Positions 7,991 to 18,681 of a stretch of DNA of 41,484 nt are shown here, one piece after another. Where the stretch lies: positions 1 through 41,484 of the forward strand of contig JAVVEA010000024.1 of the NCBI GenBank assembly GCA_032250835.1. Direction: 5' to 3'. Source of the DNA: a bacterium (GTDB taxonomy: Bacteria; SAR324; XYD2-FULL-50-16). Position 1 is the first letter of the stretch; every line of letters starts with the position of its first letter. The notes below the pieces were generated by a model. The model saw only the letters and a list, made by a program, of their open reading frames with translations, was not told the DNA's origin and made no database searches. Both the position numbers and the translations under genes were made by a program.

Positions 7991-9676
7991 TTAGACCCGT
8001 TGTTTGGACTTGGGGTGTAGGCCTTCTAGGGCATCTCGCTTGTAGTCGTCGGCTTTGTCCATAATCGCCTTGGCCTGGGCCAGTGTCTTTTCGGACATAG
8101 CCCGCAGTGCCTTGTCCTTGGCTCCGTCTTTCATGCGCTCTATAAACTGTAAGGCATAAACAGATTCCTCACGGTTCGAAAAATAGAGCGAAAGGATCAA
8201 ATGGAATTTGGCGGCCTGCAAGAGGATCTTGTTGTCCCGGGATTCCTCCAAAAGCTTCCGGGTCAGTTCCATCACTTCTTTTAGGCATTCCTCCCCACCT
8301 TCTTGGTCTTTGAGGTTCATGCGCGCTTCGGCTTCGTCGAGCTTTACCTTGGCCCGTTCCCAGTCCGAAAGCCCTGACTTGCCTGCCATCAAGGTCATGG
8401 CCTCAAGATTGGTGGCAAAAGCGGCGGCTACATAGTCTAAGTTAGGGTCGATCTGCCCGATTTGCGATTGGCTGTCACCGAAGACTCTACGTCGGGCCAG
8501 TAAGCCTTTGATCCAGTTGGGCTTAAAATCTGGGTTGTCTAATACCACCGGAACCGGTTCCCCTAAGCGCTTGCGGAATAGGCTCTTGTCCCCGGAGGTG
8601 AAGAGGCAGTGTGGGCAAACGATCAGGCGGTTGCGGTTGTAGTCATAGGCCTCGTTGGTTCCGGGCACGACCACTACCGCTGGACGCCCTAAGAGGTTGG
8701 GGGTGGTGCGGGTATGTTGGCGGAAGTGGACCTGGGGTACAGCTTCTTCGCCGCAGACAAAACAGCCGAAGAGGCGCTGAATCCAGGGCTTTTTTTCCGG
8801 CTCCACGTCTTTTTTGACGGAGCGCAACTTGACCCGGGCGATCAGCGGGTTTTTGCGGTTGCGCCATTCCATGCCCCGGATGGCCCAACTGACCATGCGG
8901 TTAAATTCTTGGGGAGGGATGTCCGCAAGTTGGGCGACCTGCTCTAAAAATCCCCGTTCCTGGGTGCTGATCACCTCATCGGTAGCAATCAATTGCAGGA
9001 TACTCAAGAAGACCTGAATCCGTTCGGTTAAGGTCGTCTCTGGCGGTGGGGCGCTTAGCTGGGGGGCGAAGCGGTTTTTTACGTGGGCCATCAGGCTGTT
9101 GCGCGACTTAGCTTCGCCCACCATGCCGATGGCCATTTTTAGGAAGTTCATCTCCAAGTTATCAATCTGCCGGTCCATCAGGATGGCCGCCACCAGCGTC
9201 TGGGCATACCAAAAGCGTTGGCCTTCGTTAAATTCCTGGAGCCAGTTGGCGTCTTCGGCGGGGGTGAGTTTGAGTCCTTCGGACTTCCAGTCTAGTCCCT
9301 CTTCCATCCAGGCATACCATTCGGCTTGGTAGCGTGGCTCAAAGCCCACCACTTCGCTGACTTCTTCTAAAAACTCCCGCTCCGTCTCGGCCAAGTCTAC
9401 ATCAGACAGCAAGACCATGATCAATTCGGAAAAGATCGCCGCCAACAGGGTCCCGTGAGTGCCGTCGGGCGGAGGGGTCAGGGGAGGGGCTTTGCAGGTC
9501 TGAATCGCCTGGGCCAGTTGGAGCCGATCTTCAGGCTTGGCGATCAGCGACAAGACGGGTTTGAGGAAGGAGACCTCGGCGCTGTTGATCTCGCCGTCTG
9601 CCAATACTGCCGAGATGACTAGGTTGGCGTACCAGAGTTTTTGCGGGTCTTTTAGTTGGGCAACAGGGACAGACAT
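7991..9676 (-). CDS. Tandem TerB-like repeats plus a DUF2225-like domain (paralogue B)
   Basis: QKLWYANLVISAVLADGEINSAE and QRFWYAQTLVAAILMDRQIDNLE repeats; CFVC and CPHC; collinear with 5811-7571. Confidence 0.6.
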   Translation of the reverse strand: MSVPVAQLKDPQKLWYANLVISAVLADGEINSAEVSFLKPVLSLIAKPEDRLQLAQAIQTCKAPPLTPPPDGTHGTLLAAIFSELIMVLLSDVDLAETEREFLEEVSEVVGFEPRYQAEWYAWMEEGLDWKSEGLKLTPAEDANWLQEFNEGQRFWYAQTLVAAILMDRQIDNLEMNFLKMAIGMVGEAKSRNSLMAHVKNRFAPQLSAPPPETTLTERIQVFLSILQLIATDEVISTQERGFLEQVAQLADIPPQEFNRMVSWAIRGMEWRNRKNPLIARVKLRSVKKDVEPEKKPWIQRLFGCFVCGEEAVPQVHFRQHTRTTPNLLGRPAVVVVPGTNEAYDYNRNRLIVCPHCLFTSGDKSLFRKRLGEPVPVVLDNPDFKPNWIKGLLARRRVFGDSQSQIGQIDPNLDYVAAAFATNLEAMTLMAGKSGLSDWERAKVKLDEAEARMNLKDQEGGEECLKEVMELTRKLLEESRDNKILLQAAKFHLILSLYFSNREESVYALQFIERMKDGAKDKALRAMSEKTLAQAKAIMDKADDYKRDALEGLHPKSKQRV

Positions 9677-9822
9677 GCGCCTCTAGTAAGTAGGGAACCG
9701 AAATAAGATGCTGCCACTAAAGGAACAAGCTACGGCCTGGACGTCAATGGGGGGTTTAACCTAGGTACTTTTTAAAGGCCGGGGTTCAGCTCAGCCCGGT
9801 TCGGCGCGGGCCCTAGAAGGGG

Positions 9823-10128
9823 CTAATACCACTTCTCTTTTCCCTTTTTCTTGAGGTACTTTTTCACCCACTTTTCTATCAATTCGGGCAGAGAATCTTC
9901 GTTGTGCTCGGCGGCGATCTGCCAGCGGCGCAATAGTTCGGGGTCTAGTCCCTCCAAGTCAAAGGGGTTTTTCGGTGCCGGTGCGTCCTGGGGTTGCGCT
10001 AGCGGTTCGCCCAATTCTAAGACCGGGGCACCGCCCAGTAAGTCCTGCATCGGGCTGTTCGATTCGCCGCCCCCTTGGGCAACGAAATGCTCAGGTTGCT
10101 TTAAGCTTTTGAAAGTCTTTTTTGGCAT
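9823..10128 (-). CDS. Small ParA partner protein, ParG-like (disordered N-terminus, RHH-like C-terminus)
   Basis: Overlaps the parA 3' end by 38 bp; C-terminal LDPELLRRWQIAAEHNEDSLPELIEKWVKKYL. Confidence 0.5.
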   Translation of the reverse strand: MPKKTFKSLKQPEHFVAQGGGESNSPMQDLLGGAPVLELGEPLAQPQDAPAPKNPFDLEGLDPELLRRWQIAAEHNEDSLPELIEKWVKKYLKKKGKEKWY

Positions 10129-10753
10129 GGGTCAGGATCTCTTGGGTTAAACTGTCGATTTCTGCGGCTGCCGTTCCGGCGGCGGCATACTCGCCCACCG
10201 TCAAACCGAGGCTCATGGATTCAGCAAAGGCAATGCGTTGGCTGATGGCTTGCTGGAGAGTCGGTAGGCCCAATTCTTTGAGTGCGGCGGCGATGTCTCT
10301 GCCTAAAACACTGCCGACGATCTTGCGGTTGATCACAAATGCGGCGGCTAGGGATTCCTTAAAAATCCGGGCCTCTGCGAGCAGGTCCAACATTTCTTTA
10401 GAAGACCATACATCTAACGCCGAAGGGCTGATCGGTACCAAAAAGAGGTCCGAAGCCAGCAGGATAGAACGCAAGATCCCCGCCGAATGGGGCGGCGAGT
10501 CGATCACCACCCAGTCGTAGGGCTGGGCTAGAGTTTTCAGTTCTTTGTGGATCGTTTCTTTGGGTAGGCCGATGCTGGTAAACAGCGGCTCCACTTCGCG
10601 CACCGAAGCCCAGTCGAGCGCGCTGGCCTGCTTGTCGGCGTCGAGCAGCAAGACCTTCTTTCCTGTCTGGGCCAGCCGGGCTGCCAGATGGACTGCTAAG
10701 GTGGTTTTGCCGACGCCGCCCTTTTGGTTGCCGAAAGCGATGATCTGGGTCAT
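10091..10753 (-). CDS. parA: ParA-family ATPase (short type Ib/ParF-like)
   Basis: Deviant Walker A KGGVGKTT, LLLDADKQ, VVIDSPP; 220 aa with no N-terminal HTH. Confidence 0.88.
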   Translation of the reverse strand: MTQIIAFGNQKGGVGKTTLAVHLAARLAQTGKKVLLLDADKQASALDWASVREVEPLFTSIGLPKETIHKELKTLAQPYDWVVIDSPPHSAGILRSILLASDLFLVPISPSALDVWSSKEMLDLLAEARIFKESLAAAFVINRKIVGSVLGRDIAAALKELGLPTLQQAISQRIAFAESMSLGLTVGEYAAAGTAAAEIDSLTQEILTHAKKDFQKLKAT

Positions 10754-11011
10754 GGAATCTCTCCTGTTAATGTTCTATATATGCCTCAGCTGGGCCAAGG
10801 CCTCAAGGGGTGGGCTCAGATTTTACCCCGATTTGCGTGGCGTAGTTCGGGCCCAAGCAGCGCAACGCCTTTGGCTGGGCCTTAGAGGTGCTTTTGGGGA
10901 TGGGCGTAGAGGTAAGAGGAAGGTTAAGTGGGCTACTTTGCCTGAGCTTTGGGCTTGGCAAGGCAGGCCCAGGCCTTTAATCTAAGGGATAACCTCAATA
11001 AAAAGCTTTCC

Positions 11012-11428
11012 ATGACCGACCCCGCAGACCTAAAGGCCAAACGAGACTATCTAGTCCAGCAGCTAGAGGACGGCACTTTTGAAAACGTGCTGTTGCTTTT
11101 TGAAAGCCTACCGGACTACGACCAACTGCTGCCCGACCTAGCAGCGGACCTAAGCATTCGGGTCCGTAGTGGGATATACCGGTTGTTACTTGAGATGGAG
11201 GGGCGCTTTGACCTACGTCTAGCGCAGGTAGCCCCGGCCATGGCCGCCAAGTTGGATCAGCCTGAGCCGACGCTGCGCGGTGATCTTTGCAGCGCCTTGG
11301 GGCTGGTGGGGACCATGAACGAAATCGAAGCCTTAGAGCCCCTGATCGACGACCCCAACGCGCAAGTCGCCGAGTTGGCCTCCGAGGCAATTGACGAGAT
11401 TTTAGAACGCAATCTTCCGGGCAAATAG
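11012..11428 (+). CDS. HEAT/PBS-lyase repeat protein
   Basis: LRGDLCSALGLVG and LIDDPNAQVAELASEAI helical repeats; start placed at ATG 11012. Confidence 0.65.
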   Translation: MTDPADLKAKRDYLVQQLEDGTFENVLLLFESLPDYDQLLPDLAADLSIRVRSGIYRLLLEMEGRFDLRLAQVAPAMAAKLDQPEPTLRGDLCSALGLVGTMNEIEALEPLIDDPNAQVAELASEAIDEILERNLPGK

Positions 11429-11469
11429 CGCCTTATAGCCCACCCGCCGGGGTCGCTGGGCCGCCAGCG

Positions 11470-14127
11470 CTACTGAGCCGAAAGCTGGCGGATGATGGCT
11501 TGGATCAAATCATGCCGCATAAAGGGCTTGGCTAAGAAGTCTTGCATGCCTGCCGCCAAGGCGCGGGTCTTGGTTTCGCTAAAGGCGTTGGCGGTCAGGG
11601 CAATGATGGGGATTTTGGGCTGGCGGGTTTTTCCGGCGCGGATCAAACGCGCCAATTCTAGGCCGCTCAAGCCGGGCATGTGCAAATCCGTTAAAAGGAG
11701 ATCAAAGTCCCGCTCTTTGAGCAGGCTCATGGCGCGGTCACCGCTTTCGGCCATCACCAAGCTAACCCCTTCATTTTCCAGCCACTTAGCCACCAACTGC
11801 CGGTTGAAGGGTTGGTCTTCGGCGAGCAGAACGGTCAACCCGGTTAAATCAACGGATTCGAATGTTTCCGCCTCCGGTGCGACTTGTCCGGCCCCCGGAG
11901 CTAAGGGGAGGGTGAAAAAGAAGGTAGAGCCCACGCCTTCAGCCGATTCCAGCCAAATTTCCCCACCCATCAACTGCACCAGCCGTTTGCTGATCGTTAG
12001 CCCCAACCCGGTGCCGCCGTATTTTCGAGTCGTCGAGCCGCTGGCTTGAGCAAAGCTCTCGAAGATCGCCTCTTGGCGTTCTTGGGGGATGCCGATGCCC
12101 GTATCGGCGACGGCGAACTCCACTAGTTGGTTGGGTCCCATTTCGCCTACCGGGGCGATGTATAAGGAAATTTGTCCTTCGCTGGTGAACTTTAAGGAGT
12201 TGCTCATCAGGTTCACTAAAATCTGCCGCAACCGGACCGGGTCGCCGACGAGTGACGGGGTCAGGCTGGGGTCGATGTGGATCGAAAAGGCTAGATTTTT
12301 GGTTTGTAGCTTTAAGGAGAAGAAATCAGCGACCCGCTGCAACTCCTCTTGTAGTTCAAACTCTTCTAAAATGATCTCCAGCTTGCCGGACTCGATTTTG
12401 GAAAAATCCAAAATATCGTTGATGATCGCTAGCAAACTATCGGCGGAATCATAAACGATCTGGAGACATTCGGACTGCTCCTCGTCTAGCTCGGTATCAA
12501 GAACCACGCTGGTCATGCCCATGATAGCGTTCATCGGGGTGCGGATTTCATGGCTCATGTTGGCCAAAAATTCGGACTTGGCGCGGTTGGCCGCTTGGGC
12601 TTCCAACTTGGCTTGGACCAATTCTGATTCGTTCTTTTTGCGCGCGGTGATGTCTTCTTTGACGGCCAGGAAGTGGGTCGTTTGGCCCGACTCGTCAAGG
12701 ATCGGCGAAATCAGCGCCGATTCAACAATGATCTCACCGTTTTTCTTTTGGTTGATGAACTCACCGGACCAGACTTTTTGCTGGGAAATGGTCGCCCAGA
12801 GATCGTCGAAGACCTTCGGGTCTGTTTGGCCGCTGTTGAGGATGCGCGGGTTGCGCCCGATCGCCTCGGCAGCATGGTAGCCGGTGAGCATGGTAAAACG
12901 CGGGTTGACGTACTCGATGTAACCTTCGGTATCACAGATCATGATCGAGGCGGGGCTTTGCTCTACCGCCAAGGACAATTTACGGATTTGGTCTTCGCCG
13001 CGTATCCTCTCGGCGATTTCTTCGGTCATCCGGGCGTTGGCTAGCTCTAATGCTTCGGTGCGGCTGGTGACCACCTGACGGCTTTCGCGCAGGTTGGCTA
13101 CTAATTCCTGCTGGGAGGTCATCAATTCGTTGAAAACCAAACCCACCTGTGCCAGCTCGGTCGGTCCTTCGGTAGGCAGACGCAGGCTTAGGTCGTGGGT
13201 TGTGCTGATTTGGCGCAAGCGCTGGACCACTTCTTCCAAGGGGCGGATCAACCGGCGGATGGTGTAGGTTAGGCCCAACAACAACGTGATCGCTAAAAAA
13301 GCCCCGCCGCCGAGAAGCAAACTACGCCGTAGTTGGCCGATCAATTCGATGGTTGAATTGCGGGGCACTTGGATTAGTAGATGGGCCATTTCATGCCCTT
13401 TGTCATCGGTGATGGGGTGCAGCGCGCTGAAAAAGGCGTCCTCTAGGTTTTCTGGGAGTCGGGTAGTGGACTGACCAAAAAGGTGCTTTTCTATGGGCTG
13501 ACGTTCGGCCAGCGGGCGGGTGCTGTGGTGGATTTTGCGGTTATGTAAAATGGAAATTTCCGCACGGGCCAGACGTTTGATTTCATTAGTGAATCTCTGG
13601 TCTGTATGCTGGCCGATTAAGATCACGCCCGAAGGGTCATGAGGCAGGCCTACAGGCGCAAGGGCGACTAGATATAGGTGCTCGGCTACCGAAAGGTATC
13701 CCAGGCTGACGCTGCCTTGTTCTAAGGTCTGGTGGACCATGCCGACCAACGTTGCTTCCTCGGGCGGCTCGGGGCCGAGATTGGCCAAAAAGCGGCCTTC
13801 GTTGTCATAGGCATAAACTAAGTCAAGGTCCAGGCTTTGGCGGTATTCCTCGGCGCTGTCTTGGATGGTCTTTTTGTCCTGGTTCTCGATCACCGTGGCC
13901 ATGATCGGTAATACGCCGATCAGTCGGGCTTGGCGTTCCAGGTTGACCCGCTGGATCGCAAGCAGCCGGTCCACCATGCGGGCGGTACGCTCTAATTGGT
14001 CTTGGCCCGTTTGTTGGCCAAAGCGGGCCAGCAAGGATTCACTGATCAGTAGCCCCACCAACAGGTTACCAATCAGGATCAACCCGATCAAAAAGAGGGT
14101 GCGCGCCTTGAGGCTTAAGAACCACAT
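11470..14127 (-). CDS. Hybrid sensor histidine kinase (TM-Cache-like-TM-HAMP-PAS-HisKA-HATPase-REC)
   Basis: [70 protein letters not shown]. Confidence 0.93.
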   Translation of the reverse strand: MWFLSLKARTLFLIGLILIGNLLVGLLISESLLARFGQQTGQDQLERTARMVDRLLAIQRVNLERQARLIGVLPIMATVIENQDKKTIQDSAEEYRQSLDLDLVYAYDNEGRFLANLGPEPPEEATLVGMVHQTLEQGSVSLGYLSVAEHLYLVALAPVGLPHDPSGVILIGQHTDQRFTNEIKRLARAEISILHNRKIHHSTRPLAERQPIEKHLFGQSTTRLPENLEDAFFSALHPITDDKGHEMAHLLIQVPRNSTIELIGQLRRSLLLGGGAFLAITLLLGLTYTIRRLIRPLEEVVQRLRQISTTHDLSLRLPTEGPTELAQVGLVFNELMTSQQELVANLRESRQVVTSRTEALELANARMTEEIAERIRGEDQIRKLSLAVEQSPASIMICDTEGYIEYVNPRFTMLTGYHAAEAIGRNPRILNSGQTDPKVFDDLWATISQQKVWSGEFINQKKNGEIIVESALISPILDESGQTTHFLAVKEDITARKKNESELVQAKLEAQAANRAKSEFLANMSHEIRTPMNAIMGMTSVVLDTELDEEQSECLQIVYDSADSLLAIINDILDFSKIESGKLEIILEEFELQEELQRVADFFSLKLQTKNLAFSIHIDPSLTPSLVGDPVRLRQILVNLMSNSLKFTSEGQISLYIAPVGEMGPNQLVEFAVADTGIGIPQERQEAIFESFAQASGSTTRKYGGTGLGLTISKRLVQLMGGEIWLESAEGVGSTFFFTLPLAPGAGQVAPEAETFESVDLTGLTVLLAEDQPFNRQLVAKWLENEGVSLVMAESGDRAMSLLKERDFDLLLTDLHMPGLSGLELARLIRAGKTRQPKIPIIALTANAFSETKTRALAAGMQDFLAKPFMRHDLIQAIIRQLSAQ

Positions 14128-14133
14128 AGTCCC

Positions 14134-14757
14134 TTAGGGTCCTCGTCTAAAATATACGGTCCCCTTTCCCCGGCCCTTGCGTTCTAAGGGGATGGTTAAT
14201 TCCCCGGCACTGGGCAAACTCGCCTCGATCTCGGAGTACCCAGGCACCAGCAAACGGATCTTGGAGTATTTTTCGGGCAGGTTTTTGAGCGAAAAGCTAA
14301 AGGAGCGTGCCCGGCTGGGGATTTTGAAAGCCTGAGCATAGCGGCTTGAAACGGGCAGGACCCAAGCCCGCATGTTCGGGTGGATGCTGCAACTCAGCTT
14401 GACTAAAGTTCCTTCATTCCAATCGACGGGTACCGAAACGGTAGAGCCCGGCGGGCGTAGGCCGATGTCGAACTGAACCTTTGCCTCGCGGTCGTTGGCA
14501 TAGACGTTATGGTCTACTTCATCGGAATTTTTAATCTTCATCTGAGCACCGGGCGGGATCAAAAGAAATTCGGGCAAAAAGGCCTTATTTTTTTGGTCTA
14601 ACAGTTGTTCGCCCTGGCGGCCCTGGTCTTCAGGTAAATAAACGACCATCCCGGTGGGGGGGCGGGTCGAAAATTCCATCAGGCCGCTCAACTCCCAAGC
14701 CGAAGCCAGAGGAGCGCAAGCGAGTCCCAACAACAACCAAAAGGAAGGCCGAAACAT
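14134..14757 (-). CDS. Exported cupredoxin-domain protein (methylamine-utilisation-protein-like)
   Basis: Signal peptide; type 1 Cu ligand set HNVY...CSIHPNM; TAATG coupling to the upstream peroxidase gene. Confidence 0.75.
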   Translation of the reverse strand: MFRPSFWLLLGLACAPLASAWELSGLMEFSTRPPTGMVVYLPEDQGRQGEQLLDQKNKAFLPEFLLIPPGAQMKIKNSDEVDHNVYANDREAKVQFDIGLRPPGSTVSVPVDWNEGTLVKLSCSIHPNMRAWVLPVSSRYAQAFKIPSRARSFSFSLKNLPEKYSKIRLLVPGYSEIEASLPSAGELTIPLERKGRGKGTVYFRRGP

Positions 14758-15740
14758 TACGGAACCTCAGGGCGCTCAATCACGAGCGGTTGGCTCAGGG
14801 CACCTAAAAAAGCGATGAGGTCAAAGATTTCTTGCTCACTCAACTCCAAAGGCTTGATGGCTTTATCCTTAGCTTTCACTTTTTCACCGCCTTTGTTGTA
14901 AAAACGCACCACCTCTTCGAGGCTCGCTAAGGAGCCATCGTGCATGTAGGGCGCACTAAAAGCCACGTTACGTAAACCCGGGGTTTTAAAGGCCTTATAT
15001 AGGTTGTCCCGTTTTTCGATTCCGTACCGGCCTAGGTCTTTGTCGGGCAAACCGATGTTGTGGAAGCCGTGGTCGGTGAAGTTCGGGCCGTCGTGGCACT
15101 GAACGCAGCGGGCTTTGTCTTTAAATAGCGCCAGACCCCGTTTTGCGGCCGGGGAAAGGGCCTTCAAGTCGCCCTTAAGGTAGCGGTCAAAGGGGGTATC
15201 GTCCACGATCAAGGTCCGCTCAAAAGCGGCTAGGGCTTGGGCCAGCGTTTCGGGAGTCACACCCTGGTCTGGGAATTGTTTCTTAAAGGCCTTTTGATAG
15301 GCTGGAACGGCCTTGAGTCGAGGGAGCAACTCGGCTAAGTCCATGTTCATTTCCGCAGATGAGGCAATTGGACCCAGCGCCTGCTTTTCTAAACTTTCGG
15401 CCCGTCCGTCCCAAAAGAACCGCATCTCCCAGGCGAGGTTGTAGAGGTGTGGCGTGTTGCGGCCCAATCGCTCTCCTTTGGCACCCAAACCGGTCTTCAG
15501 GCCGTCTGAAAAGCCTAGGTCAGGGTTGTGGCAGGTGGCACAAGATTGGGTTTGGTTAAAGGACAGGCGGTTGTCAAAGAACAAAAGGCGGCCTAGTTGG
15601 GCCAGTTCTTCTGTGGGTTCTTCGTCGTCTGGATAGCGGATTTCAAAGCGGTCCGGCGTCGCCAAGGGCACAAAGGCCGCCAAATTAGACGTCCAGAGGG
15701 CGAAGGAAAACAACAGGCTGAAAAAGAGCCGAAGATTCAT
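14757..15740 (-). CDS. Di-haem cytochrome c peroxidase/MauG-family protein
   Basis: Signal peptide, CATCH and CVQCH haem motifs, LFFDNRLS, FFWDGRA, FKTPGLRNV, PYMHDGS. Confidence 0.92.
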   Translation of the reverse strand: MNLRLFFSLLFSFALWTSNLAAFVPLATPDRFEIRYPDDEEPTEELAQLGRLLFFDNRLSFNQTQSCATCHNPDLGFSDGLKTGLGAKGERLGRNTPHLYNLAWEMRFFWDGRAESLEKQALGPIASSAEMNMDLAELLPRLKAVPAYQKAFKKQFPDQGVTPETLAQALAAFERTLIVDDTPFDRYLKGDLKALSPAAKRGLALFKDKARCVQCHDGPNFTDHGFHNIGLPDKDLGRYGIEKRDNLYKAFKTPGLRNVAFSAPYMHDGSLASLEEVVRFYNKGGEKVKAKDKAIKPLELSEQEIFDLIAFLGALSQPLVIERPEVP

Positions 15741-15903
15741 GGGGGCATGTTGGTGGCTGAGGTTGGCAGCTTAAGTTAACGGAGACTACTTAAGCCAACT
15801 ACTGTTAAATACCTCAGTTCGTTTCCTAGGGCAAACATTCCTTGGCAGAGGATGCTTCAGTCAGTAATCTAGCACATAATCCTAGGTGACATTTGGGGGT
15901 TCG

Positions 15904-18246
15904 ATGAGCCTGAAGTTAAAAATATTGGTGTTCTTTTTGGTGACCTCCTTGGTCCCCTTGCTCTTGATGGGCTGGATCGGGATTTATGCCCTGCGGGATA
16001 ATCTCTTGGGCCGGATCGAATCAGAAGAATTGTTGCGCGCTGAAGAGACCGCCAAGGACTTACAACAGGTCCTGCGAGGCCACGTATCCGAAGCGCGGCT
16101 GATCGCCAGCCTGCCAGACATGGCAACGCTGATCCTACAAGCCCAAAAGGGCCCCCCCTACCTGGGTAAAATGTCGCCCGAGCAACTGGCTATCCAAGAC
16201 CGCCAATGGATCGACCGGCATGGTGACACGGAATTTGGCCGCCAGATTGCGGGCAACCCTTTAAGCCTGTATTTAGGTGGACTGCGCGATGAACCAGACC
16301 ATGGTTTTGGTGAAATCTTTGTGACCGACGTCCGGGGTTACATAATAGGGATGTCAGGCCCCACCACCGATTTGTATCAGGCCGATGAAGGCTGGTGGCA
16401 GTCCGCCTGGGACGAGGGGCGAGGGCGGATGATGTTGGATGACCGGGGAATGGATATTTCTTTGGGTACCGTCACTTTAGGGGTGGTCCTGCCGGTGCAA
16501 CGCGAAGGCAAAGTGCTGGGCATCTTGAAAGTTAATTACAAAATCCACGATCTTTTTGCGCAGATTGAAGACCCCCGAAACATATCGGCCTACCCTTATC
16601 TTGCCCGCACCAACGGCAGCATTTTGATCGGCGACCGGCCCGGCGAAAAGGCTTTTGACCTACCGATCCAACAAATCACCGCCCGTGCAGAGCCTTTGGG
16701 GATGTTGTCTTTTGTAGATAGCGGGCGCGACTATTTACTCTTTTTTGCCACCGTTGACCAAGTGGTGCACCAGCGCCAAATCCACCGGGAATCTGAGCAG
16801 GGCATTTCAGGTGAAGCTTGGGAACCGGTCCGCTGGATCTTTATCCGGGTGATCGACTCTCGGCTGCTCAAAGACCCGGTCAACGAGACCGTACGTCGCT
16901 TTGGCTGGATCGGGCTGTTGGTATTGTTGGCGGCGGCGGCCTGGGCTTTTTTGGCGCGCCGGCTGATCGACCGCCCTCTCGCCGTGCTGAATAAAGGGGT
17001 TTCGGCGCTGGCTGAAGGGGACTATAGTGCGCGCATCCAAGATCTAGGCGAGCCGGAGTTGGCTCCGGTGGCCAGCACGTTAAACCGCATGGCAGAGCGA
17101 ATCCAGAAAGAACAGGTCCGGCTTGAAGAAGCGGTACGCAAACGCACCCATGAAGTCCACGAACAAGAAAGGCTCTTCCGCAGCCTCTTTGACGCCAGTT
17201 TTGACGGGATCGTGATCAGCTTTGAGAACCGGATCATCGAAACCAATGAAGCCACCGCCCGCCTCTTTGGCTGTAAAAGCCCCCGCGAACTGGTGGGTAG
17301 TAGCCCCATTGACGTCTGGGATGCCGAGAGTGGGGCTCGGTTGATTGAAGCGATGCGCACCCACCTAGACCGTCCGGTGGCCTTTCAGGGGCACCTGAAA
17401 AATGGCCGGTTTTTGGCCATCGAGTCCATTGGCCGTCAGATGGAATACAAAGGGATGACCGTGCGGGCCGCTGCTTTCCGCGATACCACCGAGCGAATCC
17501 AGCGGGAAGAGGAAATTTTGGCCTTAAACCGGCAATTGACCCAGTTGGTAGACGAATTACACCGCAGCAACTTAGACCTAGAACAATTCGCCTATGTGGC
17601 CAGTCATGACTTACAAGAACCGCTGCGGGCCATAGCCGGATTTTTGCAGATCCTGGTGATGGACCATCAGGCCCATTTGGACCCAGACGCCCAGGAACTG
17701 ATCGAACGGACCCTGGCCGCAGCCAACCGGATGAAGGCGCAGATCGAAGACCTGCTGGCCTACAGCCGGTTGAACACCCGAGCAAAAGATTCGGTGGCGC
17801 TGCCCTTAGGCGAAGTGGTCGACGAGGTTTGCCAGATGTTACAGGCCACGATTACCGAAAGTGGGGCGCAAATCATTGCCGGCAGTTTGCCTGTGGTGCT
17901 CGCCGAACGGTCCCAGATGGTTCAGCTATTCCAAAACTTGATCGGCAACGCCATCAAATTTCGCAGCGAACGCCCGCTTACGATCGAGATCACCGCAACG
18001 GAATTGGCAAAGGAGGTGGAAGTCCAGATTCGTGATAACGGGATCGGTTTTGAGCCCCAGTTTGCCGAGCGTATTTTTGAGATCTTCCAGCGGTTACACA
18101 GCCGTACGAAATATGAGGGGACTGGCATCGGTCTGGCGCTTTGCCGCCGGATTGTGCAACTGCATGGTGGCCACATCGGAGCTACTTCGCAACCTGGACA
18201 GGGGACCTCGTTTTTGTTTACCTTACCAAAACCTAACAACCCATAA
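15904..18246 (+). CDS. Membrane sensor histidine kinase (Cache-HAMP-PAS, phytochrome-type HisKA-HATPase)
   Basis: Two TM segments; LEQFAYVASHDLQEPLR; NAIKF, DNGIG, GTGIGL; start ATG 15904 or GTG 15886. Confidence 0.9.
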   Translation: MSLKLKILVFFLVTSLVPLLLMGWIGIYALRDNLLGRIESEELLRAEETAKDLQQVLRGHVSEARLIASLPDMATLILQAQKGPPYLGKMSPEQLAIQDRQWIDRHGDTEFGRQIAGNPLSLYLGGLRDEPDHGFGEIFVTDVRGYIIGMSGPTTDLYQADEGWWQSAWDEGRGRMMLDDRGMDISLGTVTLGVVLPVQREGKVLGILKVNYKIHDLFAQIEDPRNISAYPYLARTNGSILIGDRPGEKAFDLPIQQITARAEPLGMLSFVDSGRDYLLFFATVDQVVHQRQIHRESEQGISGEAWEPVRWIFIRVIDSRLLKDPVNETVRRFGWIGLLVLLAAAAWAFLARRLIDRPLAVLNKGVSALAEGDYSARIQDLGEPELAPVASTLNRMAERIQKEQVRLEEAVRKRTHEVHEQERLFRSLFDASFDGIVISFENRIIETNEATARLFGCKSPRELVGSSPIDVWDAESGARLIEAMRTHLDRPVAFQGHLKNGRFLAIESIGRQMEYKGMTVRAAAFRDTTERIQREEEILALNRQLTQLVDELHRSNLDLEQFAYVASHDLQEPLRAIAGFLQILVMDHQAHLDPDAQELIERTLAAANRMKAQIEDLLAYSRLNTRAKDSVALPLGEVVDEVCQMLQATITESGAQIIAGSLPVVLAERSQMVQLFQNLIGNAIKFRSERPLTIEITATELAKEVEVQIRDNGIGFEPQFAERIFEIFQRLHSRTKYEGTGIGLALCRRIVQLHGGHIGATSQPGQGTSFLFTLPKPNNP

Positions 18247-18252
18247 AGCAAC

Positions 18253-18681
18253 TTGAAGTCAATCCATCTATTGCTGGTTGAAGACAACCCAGACGATATT
18301 TTTTTAACGCGCCGCGCCTTTAAGGACAGCCAGCGGGTTGAGTCTATATCGGTGGTTGAAGATGGGGTTGCGGCGATTCAGTTCTTGAGACGTCAAGGCG
18401 ACTTTGCCACGGCCCGCAGGCCTGATTTGATCTTGTTAGACCTCAACCTGCCCAAAAAAGACGGACGCGAGGTCTTGGCCGAGGTCAAGCAAGACCCAGA
18501 GTTGCTTTCTATTCCCATTGTGGTTTTAACCACTAGTTCCTCTATCGAAGACATCGAGCAGGCCTATGCGCTACATGCAAATTGTTACCTCACCAAACCG
18601 GTGGACATGCACCAGTTTGTCTCTGTGGTCCAGGGGATCGAGTCCTTCTGGATGTGCCTTGCGCAACTACCGGAGGCTTAA
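18253..18681 (+). CDS. Rcp1-like single-domain response regulator
   Basis: LLVEDNPDD, RPDLILLDLNLPKKDGREVL, LTTSS, ANCYLTKP; TTG start. Confidence 0.9.
   Translation: MKSIHLLLVEDNPDDIFLTRRAFKDSQRVESISVVEDGVAAIQFLRRQGDFATARRPDLILLDLNLPKKDGREVLAEVKQDPELLSIPIVVLTTSSSIEDIEQAYALHANCYLTKPVDMHQFVSVVQGIESFWMCLAQLPEA

Noticed and set aside
14757-15740. True mauG of a methylamine utilisation cluster
   Set aside because: No mauA/mauB/mauD/mauE genes in the window; only a family-level call is supported.
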